Part shown: positions 41,141-50,769 of the stretch, piece after piece
Layout of the letters: each line of letters begins with the position of its first letter
Position numbering within the stretch: the stretch's first letter is position 1
Source: Octopus bimaculoides
Taxonomy: Eukaryota
DNA: 64,000 nucleotides
Reading direction: 5' to 3'
Assembly (NCBI RefSeq): GCF_001194135.2
Contig: NC_068992.1
Location: 66,289,427 to 66,353,426 of the forward strand
Notes under the pieces: model-generated
Database searches by the model: none
What the model saw: the letters and a program-made list of their open reading frames with translations, nothing else
What the model was told of the DNA's origin: nothing
Program-made: the position numbers and the translations under genes

Positions 41141-42873
41141 CAGCAGAGACCAATCCTGGCAAGACAGGAGTAGCGACCAGTGATTCAGAGGAGGATTTAC
41201 CACTGGTCCACGTCAAACAACAGAAGGTAAACACATTCAATTCTGGTTTGTCCCTCTCTCTTCTCTCTCTCTCTTTCTTTCTTTCTCTCTTTCTCTCTCT
41301 CTCCTCCCCTTCTCTGGTAAGTAATAATTGCTATTTTATTCATTTGGGAGCTTTATAGAAGATAAATACAAGCAGGTATTGGTGTTTGTGTTTATTATGT
41401 TGATAAAGCCAGGTGTGTCTTGTGGCACCACAGACAAATGCTATTACCAAATACCGTTCCAGGTTCACAAAGAAATTAGGGATGGTAGGGTGGGAGGGCG
41501 TTACTAAAGCAATTTTGGAAATCATTCAAGATATTTCAGAAGGAAATTGGAGATTCTTTCAGAGCAAAACTATGGAAAACCTTTGGAATAAATTCAGGTT
41601 TCAGTTTCTTAAGAATTTTGAGGGATTTGAAGAACTTCTTAAAATTGATTGAAATGAAACAGAGGTGGTCACTGATGTTGCTAATTAGTTGATTGTTTAT
41701 ATTTCTAATTAATTAATTGATTCTATGAATGACATCAACAATCAGTTTCAATCTCACGACCAAAAACTCATTAAAACAGAAACTAGAGTAGAAATAGAGA
41801 ATAAAAAAAAATACATGTAAAATGTGATAAAGTTTGTAACAATGAAAATTCTTGTTTCTTTCTCTTGAGCCAGACTCTTTATTTATATTTGCTCCAGTTC
41901 GCTCAGTTAGCAAAAATGAGTTCTACCTGTATTTGAAAGGGTTCAGCCTTGTCACATTTAGTGTGTCACGCTGGATCACCCTCAGAACTACGTTAAAGAT
42001 TCACGTGTCTGTGGAGCACTCAGCCACTTGCATGTTAATTTCATGACCAGGCTGTTCTGTTGGTTGGATCTACTGGAACAGTTGTCACTTCAATCAACAA
42101 AGTTCCAGTTATAAAAGACTTTCCATCTAGAAAAAGTAAAAAAAAAAAAGTCACTGCCAATCTAAAGGATTCCCACATTTGATTGTGTGAACTTTATGAA
42201 GGAAAAAGGTTTCCTTCTACTTGGAATGATCAAAGACAAGCAACACAAAAGAAAACGAGTGACATTCCATTGGTTCTCATTTGTAAAATGATTTATTTTT
42301 TATGTTGGTGTGTGAAATTATTGATTAGGGTTATTTTAGAAAAATTACTATTTTTAAATCTCACAAGAGATATTCAGCAACAGTTGTTTGGAGTAAAGAT
42401 TGTTTGCCAACGTAACATGGCAGTCCTGGTTTAGGACGAATGTTGCTGTAATTTATCCCCAGGAGACATCATTTCCAGCTGGCTATACAACACGGATCGT
42501 GTCATATAAGGACACAGATTGTGTCATATAGCCAGCAGGAGATGATGGCTCCTCAGCCTAAATTACAGCAACATTCATCCTAAACCAGGACTGCCATGTT
42601 ATGTTGGCAAACAATCCTTATTATAGGGTAAGTTTTTTTTCTCGTGTGAGCACCAAATGTTGTTGCATTTACTAAACAGCAGCGACAATGTTTTTTGAAG
42701 TGAACTAAATTATTGTTTATTTGTTTCAGCGTAAACAGAAAAGAGAATATCTTGACAAAATATTGCAAAAACTTTTGGCAAATATCCCTGGCAAACAGAA
42801 AGTAGATGTAACATATTTACTGGAAGAAGGAGCGGGCAAACGACCTCGCAAGAAACCGCAGTTCAACTTCTGA
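9946..42873 (+). CDS. ASH1L: Histone-lysine N-methyltransferase ASH1L/Ash1 (H3K36), 3' part, 20 coding exons, 5'-incomplete in window
   Basis: Manual splice join with all introns GT-AG and matching phases gives 2896 nt (about 964 aa to TGA at 42871-42873). Domain order FQLPYD - AWS - SET ([18 protein letters not shown]) - post-SET (CRCGTDKC) - bromo - PHD - BAH - C-terminal [16 protein letters not shown] is diagnostic of the ASH1L family. Confidence 0.96.
11011..11205 (+). mobile_element. tRNA-derived SINE, family B (internal deletion)
   Basis: gagctggctgaatcgttagc..aagtaccagttgaacactggggtcgat. Confidence 0.7.
12222..12399 (-). promoter_or_regulatory. Candidate antisense promoter / first exon inside an ASH1L intron
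   Basis: ACCGGAAGT (ETS) 12391-12399, TGACGTGA (CRE-like) 12381-12388, GCCATCTT (YY1, AAGATGGC on -) 12322-12329, CAG|GTAAGA donor on - at 12227/12226. Confidence 0.35.
12926..13310 (+). mobile_element. tRNA-derived SINE, family A
   Basis: Full-length-like copy collinear with 9261-9647. Confidence 0.82.
16483..16601 (+). pseudogene. 5S rRNA-derived sequence (pseudogene or SINE3 head)
   Basis: cactttgaatgcatcggttt..AAGTTAAGCAA (box A, 16536-16546)..gagcc..GTACTTAGATGGG (box C, 16565-16577)..gaccacttggg follows invertebrate 5S rRNA with many substitutions. The 5' boundary is approximate. Confidence 0.75.
16611..16820 (+). mobile_element. tRNA-derived SINE, family B
   Basis: ggcggcgagctggc..gttagc A box, gagttcaaattcc B box; same family as the copies at 7815, 11011, 34620 and 61425. 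Confidence 0.8.
16821..17095 (+). mobile_element. SINE with tRNA-Arg(ACG)-like head, (AAT)n linker and hammerhead-like 3' region
   Basis: A box 16825-16835, ggctactaacc anticodon arm, aagattc variable loop, B box 16868-16879, agtgacc acceptor 3' strand; 3' part shared with 19698-19785. Confidence 0.7.
16973..17018 (+). ncRNA. Minimal type I hammerhead ribozyme motif (Penelope-type), mutated copy
   Basis: gacac-CTGTTGA-a-ggctg[gagggtatat]cagct-GAAAC-GTT-gtgtt: stem I, stem II and palindromic AACGTT stem III are present; A6 is U and 11.1 is U. Confidence 0.6.
19698..19785 (+). mobile_element. 5'-truncated second copy of the hammerhead-bearing SINE 3' region
   Basis: tatatcagccgaaacgttgtgttaac..aaacaagatgagga.aaatatccgtcaaatgtaaataatgta is near-identical to 16996-17058. 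Confidence 0.8.
20230..20570. mobile_element. Probable interspersed repeat fragment (SINE-like)
   Basis: More GC- and CpG-rich, non-coding block with sharp boundaries against (AAT)n; family not assignable from the window. Confidence 0.4.
21011..21070 (+). repeat. (GCT)n trinucleotide tract, 20 triplets with 2 ACT interruptions
   Basis: Read directly; intronic. Confidence 0.9.
22932..22977 (+). CDS. ASH1L: ASH1L exon ([15 protein letters not shown])
   Basis: ttgcag acceptor, A|gtaagt donor; phase 0 in, phase 1 out; continues ..NQ|L and matches the ASH1L YKKIRSN region. Confidence 0.88.
24574..24679 (+). CDS. ASH1L: ASH1L exon, AWS domain first half ([19 protein letters not shown])
   Basis: tttag acceptor, AG|gtaagt donor; 106 nt, phases 1/2; AWS cysteines. 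Confidence 0.93.
26273..26427 (+). CDS. ASH1L: ASH1L exon, AWS end / SET start ([30 protein letters not shown])
   Basis: ttttag acceptor, G|gtaagt donor; 155 nt. Confidence 0.94.
27581..27779 (+). CDS. ASH1L: ASH1L exon, SET core ([28 protein letters not shown])
   Basis: tttcag acceptor, TG|gtaag donor; NHS motif; overlaps ORF 27559..27783. Confidence 0.97.
28263..28418. repeat. Intronic fold-back (58-bp arms plus 11-bp inner stem), probable MITE
   Basis: Arms 28263-28320 and 28361-28418 are reverse-complementary with 2 G-U pairs and 4 mismatches. Confidence 0.85.
28554..28662 (+). CDS. ASH1L: ASH1L exon, SET C-terminus ([36 protein letters not shown])
   Basis: gacag acceptor, CAG|gtaaga donor; E-x-x-Y-D-Y catalytic motif. 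Confidence 0.96.
28828..28992 (+). CDS. ASH1L: ASH1L exon, post-SET ([16 protein letters not shown]) plus GRP AT-hook-like motif
   Basis: cctcag acceptor, AAA|gtgagt donor; 55 codons. Confidence 0.94.
29471..29696 (+). CDS. ASH1L: ASH1L exon ([26 protein letters not shown])
   Basis: gtccag acceptor, G|gtgggt donor; overlaps ORF 29459..29704. Confidence 0.9.
30884..30938 (+). CDS. ASH1L: ASH1L exon ([19 protein letters not shown])
   Basis: ttgcag acceptor, AG|gtaaat donor; RSVKTRRLA motif completed by the next exon. Confidence 0.88.
31444..31541 (+). CDS. ASH1L: ASH1L exon, bromodomain N-terminal helix ([22 protein letters not shown])
   Basis: cccag acceptor, A|gtaagt donor; 98 nt, phases consistent. 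Confidence 0.9.
31632..31892 (+). mobile_element. RTE-tail repeat (RTE 3' UTR or RTE-partner SINE)
   Basis: ggttggcattaggaagggcatccagctgtagaaacc..ccaacccatgccagcatggaaaacggacgttaaa + gatgat tail; same sequence as the 3' UTR at 63440-63650. Confidence 0.75.
32587..32774 (+). CDS. ASH1L: ASH1L exon, bromodomain ([33 protein letters not shown])
   Basis: ccccag acceptor, GAG|gtgagt donor; PDYY..I..P.D bromodomain signature. Confidence 0.94.
32800..33305 (-). mobile_element. tRNA-derived SINE, family A, with internal insertion
   Basis: Reverse complement of the family A 3' half and body; an extra segment at about 33060-33260 carries gaaacgttaaac on the - strand. Confidence 0.72.
33764..33941 (+). 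CDS. ASH1L: ASH1L exon, bromodomain end and linker ([20 protein letters not shown])
   Basis: ttgtag acceptor, G|gtaaag donor. Confidence 0.9.
34620..34803 (-). mobile_element. tRNA-derived SINE, family B
   Basis: Collinear with 7815-8037. Confidence 0.72.
34994..35085 (+). CDS. ASH1L: ASH1L exon, PHD first half ([24 protein letters not shown])
   Basis: ttcag acceptor, TTT|gtaagt donor. Confidence 0.94.
35279..35365 (+). CDS. ASH1L: ASH1L exon, PHD second half ([19 protein letters not shown])
   Basis: ctgcag acceptor, AAG|gtaaga donor; completes the C4HC3 pattern. Confidence 0.94.
36498..36733 (+). CDS. ASH1L: ASH1L exon, BAH start ([21 protein letters not shown])
   Basis: ttgtag acceptor, AA|gtaagt donor; overlaps ORF 36507..36737. 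Confidence 0.94.
37268..37352 (+). CDS. ASH1L: ASH1L exon, BAH ([28 protein letters not shown])
   Basis: ttgcag acceptor, GAG|gtaatt donor. Confidence 0.93.
37733..37931. mobile_element. hAT/Charlie-like MITE
   Basis: TIR c(c)gtggttcccaaa / tttgagaaccactg; 8-bp flanks ttctagac / ttctgcac; second copy at 60835-61031. Confidence 0.7.
38267..38448 (+). CDS. ASH1L: ASH1L exon, BAH ([46 protein letters not shown])
   Basis: ttacag acceptor, AG|gtaaaa donor. Confidence 0.94.
40012..40084 (+). CDS. ASH1L: ASH1L exon ([24 protein letters not shown])
   Basis: tctag acceptor, TCA|gtaagt donor. Confidence 0.9.
40930..41226 (+). CDS. ASH1L: ASH1L exon with polyQ ([13 protein letters not shown]8-P-Q9..[15 protein letters not shown])
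   Basis: tttag acceptor, AAG|gtaaac donor; 99 codons, phase 0/0. Confidence 0.87.
42394..42620. mobile_element. Palindromic MITE in the last ASH1L intron
   Basis: Arms 42398-42455/42559-42616 and 42462-42487/42527-42552 pair in one register; TA at both outer ends. Confidence 0.8.
42730..42873 (+). CDS. ASH1L: ASH1L terminal coding exon ([44 protein letters not shown])
   Basis: tttcag acceptor; conserved [14 protein letters not shown]-terminal motif; TGA at 42871-42873. Confidence 0.93.
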   Translation, partial: RKQKREYLDKILQKLLANIPGKQKVDVTYLLEEGAGKRPRKKPQFNF

Positions 42874-43304
42874 ATGTCCTCAAGACTGGCCTTGTTTCTG
42901 TCAATGAATTTACTTTGAATGAGGTTTGTGTCCAAACAGCACCTTGTTTCTGTGGCAAATGGCTTTTCCACATTTGTCAATAGATCCCTCGTATCAATGG
43001 TGATCTGCATTTGAAACCAGAATACAGAGTGCAATCTTGCAGAAGGAGAAGAAACAGAGGAAGAAGAAGAAGAAAAAAATAATATATAAATATAATGAAA
43101 GAAAAAGAAACCTTTTTTTTTTTTTCGTTTTGCTCTGCCAACATTTTGGAGGAATGGATTGAAAAATGGGGAGAAAAAAAAAAAAAGGAAGTGAAAAAGA
43201 AAAAAAGAAGCAGCAAGTGAGCAGCTTAGAGTGATTTTGACTTTTTACTTAACTGTTCAGCTTGTACTGCTGTTGTTGTTGTTGTTTGTTGTTGACAGTT
43301 TGTT

Positions 43305-44005
43305 AATAAATAAGTAAAATCCAAAAATACAGGCAATACACACACGCACACACAGCTACATACATATATCAATATATATATATGTATATATATATATTCA
43401 CACACACACAGACACATACACACGCACACACACACATACCCTGGGTCTCGTCAAGGAACTGTGTCACACTCACTACCACCACCACCACCACCACCACCAC
43501 TCACTCACTCACGCATGCTGTAACATCTGACAGCCCGGTGACGAGAGGAGAGGAAAGCTAAGCCTCAGCCAAGCAAACAATCCCCTTTTCTTCTCCTCGT
43601 ACATCATCATTATCATCATCACCACCACACAGTCCGAATGTGCGAGGAAAAGAAGCCGGGGAGGAGAAACATCCAAGTTGAACCGATTCTCTCTCCTTGT
43701 AAAACACGGCCACAGTCCAAGCAGAGAGGGGAGATAATTCATTCGCTTCTCTACATCTCGACGTCAAGGGAGGTAATTTAGTTCTCTTGTGAAAAAGAAA
43801 AAAAATCTATAAATATATATTAACACGATTTATGAACAAATTTACATATAAAATTCCGACCCTCCCCCACTCTTTTTTTTAATTCGACTACTATTTTGTT
43901 GATGTTTTTCATTTGTTTTTGCCATATTTGGTAGTCACGCTATTGTCATTACAGTTTTATTTTTTAACTTTTTTTTTTTAAGCGAAGGAAGAAAATTGTA
44001 ATAAA
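43305..44005 (+). terminator. Candidate ASH1L polyadenylation signals (AATAAA at 43305-43310 and 44000-44005)
   Basis: Hexamers downstream of the stop codon; usage cannot be determined in AT-rich DNA without transcript data. Confidence 0.3.
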
Positions 44006-44174
44006 AACGCAAAGAAACTAAAATTATTATTATTATTATTATTAAAATCGAATTGGAAAAGAAGAAAGAAGATATACAAACAAATACACACATACGCCAT
44101 AACTCAGTTTATCAAAAGTCATGGAAGCAATTTATTGTGTGACTCTCATATATATATATATATATATATACATG

Positions 44175-44221
<47 letters not shown>

Positions 44222-45991
44222 NNNNNNNNNNNNNNNNNNNNNNNNNNNNNNNNNNNNNNNNNNNNNNNNNNNNNNNNNNNNNNNNNNNNNNNNNNNNNNN
44301 NNNNNNNNNNNNNNNNNNNNNNNNNNNNNNNNNNNNNNNNNNNNNNNNNNNNNNNNNNNNNNNNNNNNNNNNNNNNNNNNNNNNNNNNNNNNNNNNNNNN
44401 NNNNNNNNNNNNNNNNNNNNNNNNNNNNNNNNNNNNNNNNNNNNNNNNNNNNNNNNNNNNNNNNNNNNNNNNNNNNNNNNNNNNNNNNNNNNNNNNNNNN
44501 NNNNNNNNNNNNNNNNNNNNNNNNNNNNNNNNNNNNNNNNNNNNNNNNNNNNNNNNNNNNNNNNNNNNNNNNNNNNNNNNNNNNNNNNNNNNNNNNNNNN
44601 NNNNNNNNNNNNNNNNNNNNNNNNNNNNNNNNNNNNNNNNNNNNNNNNNNNNNNNNNNNNNNNNNNNNNNNNNNNNNNNNNNNNNNNNNNNNNNNNNNNN
44701 NNNNNNNNNNNNNNNNNNNNNNNNNNNNNNNNNNNNNNNNNNNNNNNNNNNNNNNNNNNNNNNNNNNNNNNNNNNNNNNNNNNNNNNNNNNNNNNNNNNN
44801 NNNNNNNNNNNNNNNNNNNNNNNNNNNNNNNNNNNNNNNNNNNNNNNNNNNNNNNNNNNNNNNNNNNNNNNNNNNNNNNNNNNNNNNNNNNNNNNNNNNN
44901 NNNNNNNNNNNNNNNNNNNNNNNNNNNNNNNNNNNNNNNNNNNNNNNNNNNNNNNNNNNNNNNNNNNNNNNNNNNNCCCCCCCCCGTCACTTCATCGTTT
45001 GCGGTGCCACCTTGAGAACAACCTCACCACTAATTATCTCTTCACAGCTACAACATATGTTGCCATGTATCTCCCCTATAACAAAAACCTGCTCTGCTCC
45101 ATCCCCCTCCCATGGAGAAGTGGATGTTGCTCATTTCACACACACATGTAGCTTGTTGTTTAGTCTCAATTTTCCCTCCATCCTGCAACTTTATCAACAC
45201 AATCTCATCATCCTCATCATCGTCGTCGTTTAACATCCTCTTTCTGACCTGTACCAGGCTCCAGTTTGATCTGGCAAAGTTTCTACAGCTGGATGCCCCT
45301 CCTAGCGCTAACCACTCTGAGAGTGTAGTGGGTGTTTTTCACCTTAACTCATATAGTTCCTGGTGGCTGGGGTTAACACCTTCAATGTTGATAATAGTAA
45401 CAATGCTGAATCATTGGCAACTGAGTGAATAAATACCAAACCTAGAAATATCTAATCATGTGTGAGCACTTTCCAGTCATCATCAAGCAATCACATAAAC
45501 TTCCTTATTTTCCACAGTTGTAGAAGTCAAAGTAAATCACTTCTGGAAATCTCTTCCTTTCAGTTTAAAAGGTTTATGGTTGCCATCATCAGAATCAGCA
45601 AGGGAGATCTAGAGACATTGTGGAGTGCAAGAGGTAAGATGGAAGAGAACCTCAGCCAAACTCACAAGTAAAGAACAGTAGTACAGCAGTACAAATTCTT
45701 TTGAGGTGAGCAACAGCAATAGGGTCTCTGGAGCGGCATATTGTTAGCTGAGAAATAAAGCAATTTAGGGAGTTAAAAAGTGTGAGAGGATTGTTCAGCT
45801 TAGACTTGTTTTCGGCAGCTCAATAGTGACATTTATCTCTGCAAAAGTGCCATAGTTAGGGTTGTCATGTGCTAAGAAGACCCAGTTTCAAGAATCCTGC
45901 TGCAGACTCCAATGATACCAACTTCATTCTCACAACAAGCAATTTTATTGGCTATATTAAAACTAAACCATAAGCATTTGTAAGGGTTTTA

Positions 45992-46162
45992 GGGCAACTG
46001 ATATCTAGGACAACTCATAACAGGTATAAAGTGATAAAGATTTAATTTGTGTGTGTGCAGTTATTTTATTGATTTTTCTTTCAAAATTAAATCTTTATCA
46101 CTTTATACCTGTTATGAGTTGTCCTAAATGTCAATTGTCCAGGTATGAGTTGTCCTGGCACG
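45992..46162. mobile_element. Palindromic MITE-like element (GGACAACTCATA subrepeats)
   Basis: Perfect 43-bp inverted repeat 46006-46048/46084-46126, extending imperfectly to 45992/46140. Confidence 0.7.
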
Positions 46163-46800
46163 ATTTTGCCAAAAGCAGAAATTTCTACAAATATGTTATT
46201 GCCAAAAAACGGTGATTTAGCTGCTATTTCTAGCAGAAATTTCCCCAAATATGATTTTGTCAAAAGCAGAAATTTCACCAAATATGATTTTGCCAAAAAC
46301 GGTGATTTAGCTGCTATTTCTAGCAGAAATTTCTCCAAATATGATTTTGCCAAAAACGGTGATTTAGCTGCAGTAAAAGCTAAGAACACATGCAGAAAAA
46401 GCTAAAACACCTGCAGGAAAGCTAAGAACACCTGCAGAAAAAAGCTAAGAACACCTGCAGAAAAAGCTAAAACATGATATTGCCAAAAGCAGAAATTTCA
46501 CCAATTTTGCCAAAAACGGCGATTTAGCTTCTATTTCTAGCAGAAATTTCGCCAAATATTTTATCAAAGGCAGGAATTTCTCCAACTATGATTTTGCCAA
46601 AAACGGTGATTTAGCTGCTATTTCTAGCAGAAATTTCGCCAAATATGATTTTGCCAAAAGCAGAAATTTCTACAAATATGTTATTGCCAAAAACGGTGAT
46701 TTAGCTGCTATTTCTAGCAGAAATTTCCCCAAATATCATTTTGTCAAAAGCAGAAATTTCACCAAATATGATTTTGCCAAAAACGGTGATTTAGCTGCTA
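46163..46800. repeat. Complex minisatellite (about 33-bp and 57-bp subunits, plus about 21-bp units at about 46376-46470)
   Basis: Recurring aaaagcagaaatttcNccaaatatgattttgcc, aaaaacggtgatttagctgctatttctagc and aaaagctaagaacacctgcag. Confidence 0.85.
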
Positions 46801-46801
46801 T

Positions 46802-47096
46802 AGCAAAATTTAGTCATCACTAAGTGTGCTACAATCACAAATTTTGCTAGAAATAAGAGTTAAACCACTTCGTATAAGCAAAATTTAGTCGTCACTAAGT
46901 GTGCTACAATCACAAATTTTGCTAGAAATAAGAGTTAAACCACTTCGTATAAGCAAAATTTAGTCGTCACTAATTGTGCTACAATCACAAATTTTGCTAG
47001 AAATAAGAGTTAAACCACTTCGTATAAGCAAAATTTAGTCGTCACTAATTGTGCTACAAGCGCCAAATTTTGCTAGAAATAAGAGTTAAACCACTT
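46802..47096. repeat. 75-bp tandem repeat, 4 near-identical copies
   Basis: agcaaaatttagtc starts at 46802, 46877, 46952 and 47027. Confidence 0.92.
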
Positions 47097-47744
47097 ATAG
47101 CTACATAAGAACACACACACATATATAACCTGGCCAATGTGAAATATTACCTTTTTTGGAAACAGATAAGGGTTGTTGTGAGGAAGAGTATCCAGCAATA
47201 GAAAATCTGCTTCAATAAATTCCATTCGATTGATGCAAGCATAGAAAAGTGAATGTTAAGATGATGATGATCATCATCATCATCTGTTTTCCATGCTGGT
47301 ATGGATTGGACAGTTTGATCAAAGCTGACAAACTGGACAACTGCACTAGGTTCCAGTTTGATTTGGCTTGGTTTCTACAGCTGGATACTTTTCCTAACAT
47401 GCCAACCACTGCATGAACACTTTTACATGGCACTTTCACATGATTCTTGCAGGCCAGTTTTGTATATTCCAAGTTAGGATTTCTGCAGAAGCAATACGCA
47501 TGCACCGGGTGACTTGGAATCGTTCTCCTGCCTGATGGAACAATTATATCATCAGTCATGGCATTCTACCGTTGTGGTGATGACGAACGGAGATTCGGCT
47601 TTGTCTTGGCTCACATATCTATTATTAAATACACACAACTAGATTCATTTCCTATTCTATTTATTAGTTTTGTTTTAAACCAAATTTATAGAAATCACTG
47701 TTTCAGTTCTGTTGATCTTGGTTTAGTTTATTTTGATTAAAAAA

Positions 47745-48096
47745 TTAATCAAAACCACATGGTTCCAGGTTCAGTCCCACTTTGTAACATCTTAAGCAAG
47801 TGCTTCCTTCCATAGTCAAAGGTTGATCAAAGCATTGTGAGTGGATTTTGTAGGTGGAAACTGAAAGAAGCAAGTCACATACAGTAAGCCCTTGATTACT
47901 GCAGGTGTTAAATTCCAAAATCCCCCACGATATGTGAAAATCCACAAAGTAGAAACCGTACTGTATATATTTTTGTAAATTATTTTTACAAATTGTATTC
48001 ATTTGTTTTATTATAAATGCAAAACACGACAGAGGAATTGATGTAAGCTTAAGTAATCAGCTGCGATAGGTGAACCATGATATAGTGAGGGATTAC

Positions 48097-48130
<34 letters not shown>

Positions 48131-48455
48131 NNNNNNNNNNNNNNNNNNNNNNNNNNNNNNNNNNNNNNNNNNNNNNNNNNNNNNNNNNNNNNNNNNNNNN
48201 NNNNNNNNNNNNNNNNNNNNNNNNNNNNNTATAATCGTGCATACATGTATGTTTGTGTCTGTTTGTCCCCCACTACTGCTTGACAACCAGTGTTGTGTTT
48301 ATGGCCCTGTAGCTTAGCAGTTCAGTAAAAGAGATCGATAGAATAAGTATCTGGTTTTTTAAAAAAATACCAAAATCGATTAAAATTCTTCAAGGTGGTG
48401 CCCCAGCATGGCCATAGTCTAATGACTGAAACAAGTAAAAGATAGAAGATAAATA
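47745..48455 (+). mobile_element. tRNA-derived SINE, family A, interrupted by a Tigger-like MITE and a gap
   Basis: Head 47745-47875 and tail 48250-48455 are collinear with other copies. Confidence 0.72.
47882..48098. mobile_element. Tc1/mariner (pogo/Tigger-like) MITE
   Basis: TA|CAGTAAGCCCT ... AGGGATTACTG|TA termini with TA duplication. Confidence 0.7.
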
Positions 48456-48913
48456 AAAAATATAATAAATTTAAAGAAATAATAATATAATTTTATGAAA
48501 TTTAATGAGACATTGCACCAGTTCTTTTGCCATTTTCTGCAGAGTCAGACCTTTTTATGTAATTTTGTCTTAACATTCATGAACCAATTGAAAAGAATTC
48601 TACAACAAAGTCTGGAACTTCAATTTGGGACATCCAATAGGTGTTAGGCTATTCCTTTCTTTCACCATGGTGGGTTATATTTACAGCTGTTCAAAGTAAA
48701 CAGTGTAATTAGTGTTTTGAATTCTTGCACAAAGTTCTATTACAAAAGAGTTTCTTTTTTCATGGTTTTAAAAGGTTGCCTTCCTTAAACTGTAAACAAG
48801 GAGTTTTAGTCTCACAACAGAATATATTACGAATAAGTTTGATATAGATTCCTCATTTATTTCTCAGTGCACACAAAGTATAACAAACTTTAGCAGAGAT
48901 TAAAATAAATAAA

Positions 48914-49140
48914 TCATCATCGTCATCATTTAACATCCGCTTTCCATGCTGGTATGGGTTGGACGGTTTGACTGAGGACTGGTGAGCCAGAAGGCTGTAC
49001 CAGGCTCAGTCTGTTCTGGCAAAGTTTCTACAGCTGGATGCCCTTCCTAACGCCAACCACTCCGAGAGTGTAGTGGGTGCTTTTACATGCCACTGGCACA
49101 AGGGCCAGTCAGGTGGTTCTAGCAACGACCATGCTCAAAA
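48914..49140 (-). mobile_element. RTE-tail repeat
   Basis: Reverse complement of 31632-31892. Shorter copies lie at about 45203-45335, 47263-47455, 33400-33580 (all -) and 36230-36390 (+). Confidence 0.75.
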
Positions 49141-49385
49141 GTTGTTTTTTAATGAGTGAATGAATGTAAGTTGATTGCAGTTTACTGATTCAAAGGGAAT
49201 CTTAGACTCACAGGTTGCATGGCAAATTAACAAGTGTTACTGCCATAGAAAAAAAAAACCCCAGCTGAAGAAACCATGCCAAAGCGGAAACTGAAGCACA
49301 ATGCAATCTTTGGATGCTGTCAAAATCTGTGACCCATGCAAACATGCAAAATGAACGTTAAAAGATGAAGATGTGTGTGTGTTTA

Positions 49386-49665
49386 GGTATGGTTGTGTGG
49401 TAAGAAGCTTGCTTCCCAGCTACATGGTTCCGAGTTCAGTCCCACTGCATTGCCATGTGTGTGCTTGTTCCCCACCCCACCACTGCTTGACAACTGGTGT
49501 TGGTGTGTTTACATCCCTGTAACTTAGTGGTTTGGCAAAAATTACCAATAGAATATTACCAGGCTTAAAAAAAAATGTACAGGGGTTGATTTATTCAACT
49601 AAAAATTCATCAAGGCAGTGCCCCGGCATGGCTGCAGCCTAATGACTGAAACAAGTAAAGGATAA
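49386..49665 (+). mobile_element. tRNA-derived SINE, family A (internal deletion)
   Basis: Head and tail motifs as in other copies; the cttgggcaag..gaaagaagcc segment is missing. Confidence 0.75.
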
Positions 49666-50376
49666 AATATATATATATATATGGCCTCTTGGAGCTAATT
49701 CACGGTAGCATTCGTCCTAATTTTGGGACTGCCATGTTGGCTTGGCGATAACTATTAATTTCCAGTACTGCTGCCGTAGTCTCCTTTAGAGAGACTTAGA
49801 AATATTAATAACTCTATTTACATATATATATATATATAAATATATTTTTTTTCCCTCTCACTCTCTGGGAGAGAGGCACAAGCACATACACAGACATATA
49901 CACACACGGCAGTAACTTCCGCCTACCAAATTCAATCACAAAGCTTCGGTCGGCTCAGGGCTATAGCAGAAGACACTTGCCCAAGGTGCCACGCGGTGGG
50001 ACTGAACCTGAAACCATGTAGCTGGGAAGCAAGCTTCCTAAGCACCAAAAAATTTGATATCATTTCGCAATCTAATAACTTTGCCAGTTCTCATTCAAAT
50101 GACTTCAAATGACTTCTTACAAAAATCCAGAGCTGATGCAAGGGAGATAACAATTAAGATGCGTTACCTCTTGTAAGCTCTATATTTATTTTGAAATCCC
50201 ATTTACACTTGTGTAACCTTGTGTATTCTCATTCAAAATGGAAACAAGTACCAACACTTCCATGTGGCATGCTTGAATAATTGTGAAGCTCTCTCCTCAT
50301 GAAACCATTGGTTGCCTTCTTAACTCACAAATAAAGAATATTCTCATTGTTCAGTTTTAGAATTTAGATGAAGTTG

Positions 50377-50720
50377 CGGCTGTGTGTTAAGAAATTTTTT
50401 TCCAAATCACAAAATCTTAGTCTCAGAGTCACTGCATGCACCTTGGGCAAGTGTCTTCTACTATAGCCCTGGGCCAAACCAAATCCTTGTGAGAGGATTT
50501 AGTAGATGAAAACTAAAAGAAGCCCATCATATGTATATACATTAATGTGTACATGTCTTTGTGTCAGTGTTTGTCCTCCACCACAAATTGACAACTATTG
50601 TTGGTGTGCTTATATCCCTGTAACTTAGCGGTTTGGCAATAGAGACTGACAGAATAAGTGCCAGACTTAAAAGGAAATAAGTAAGGGGTTAATTAATTTG
50701 ACTAAAATTCCTCAAAATAG
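50377..50720 (+). mobile_element. tRNA-derived SINE, family A
   Basis: gtgtgttaag..ccttgggcaagtgtcttctactatagcc..gtaacttagcggtttggc. Confidence 0.72.
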
Positions 50721-50769
50721 TCTAAGGGTATCCGGACAACTGACAAGAGACAGACAATTGCAATCTCTT

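Noticed and set aside
40892-41240. Poly-Ser and poly-Cys ORFs from the track
   Set aside because: Alternative frames of the real polyQ exon.
44112-45233. Long ORFs spanning N runs (also near 18860, 54982, 60008 and 62460)
   Set aside because: Open only because N codons are not stops; flanks are (TA)n.
46087-46405. ORFs 46087..46389 (-) and 46145..46405 (+)
   Set aside because: By-products of the minisatellite; no splice or domain support.
46802-47096. CRISPR-like array
   Set aside because: Units are fully tandem with no unique spacers, no cas genes, eukaryotic context.
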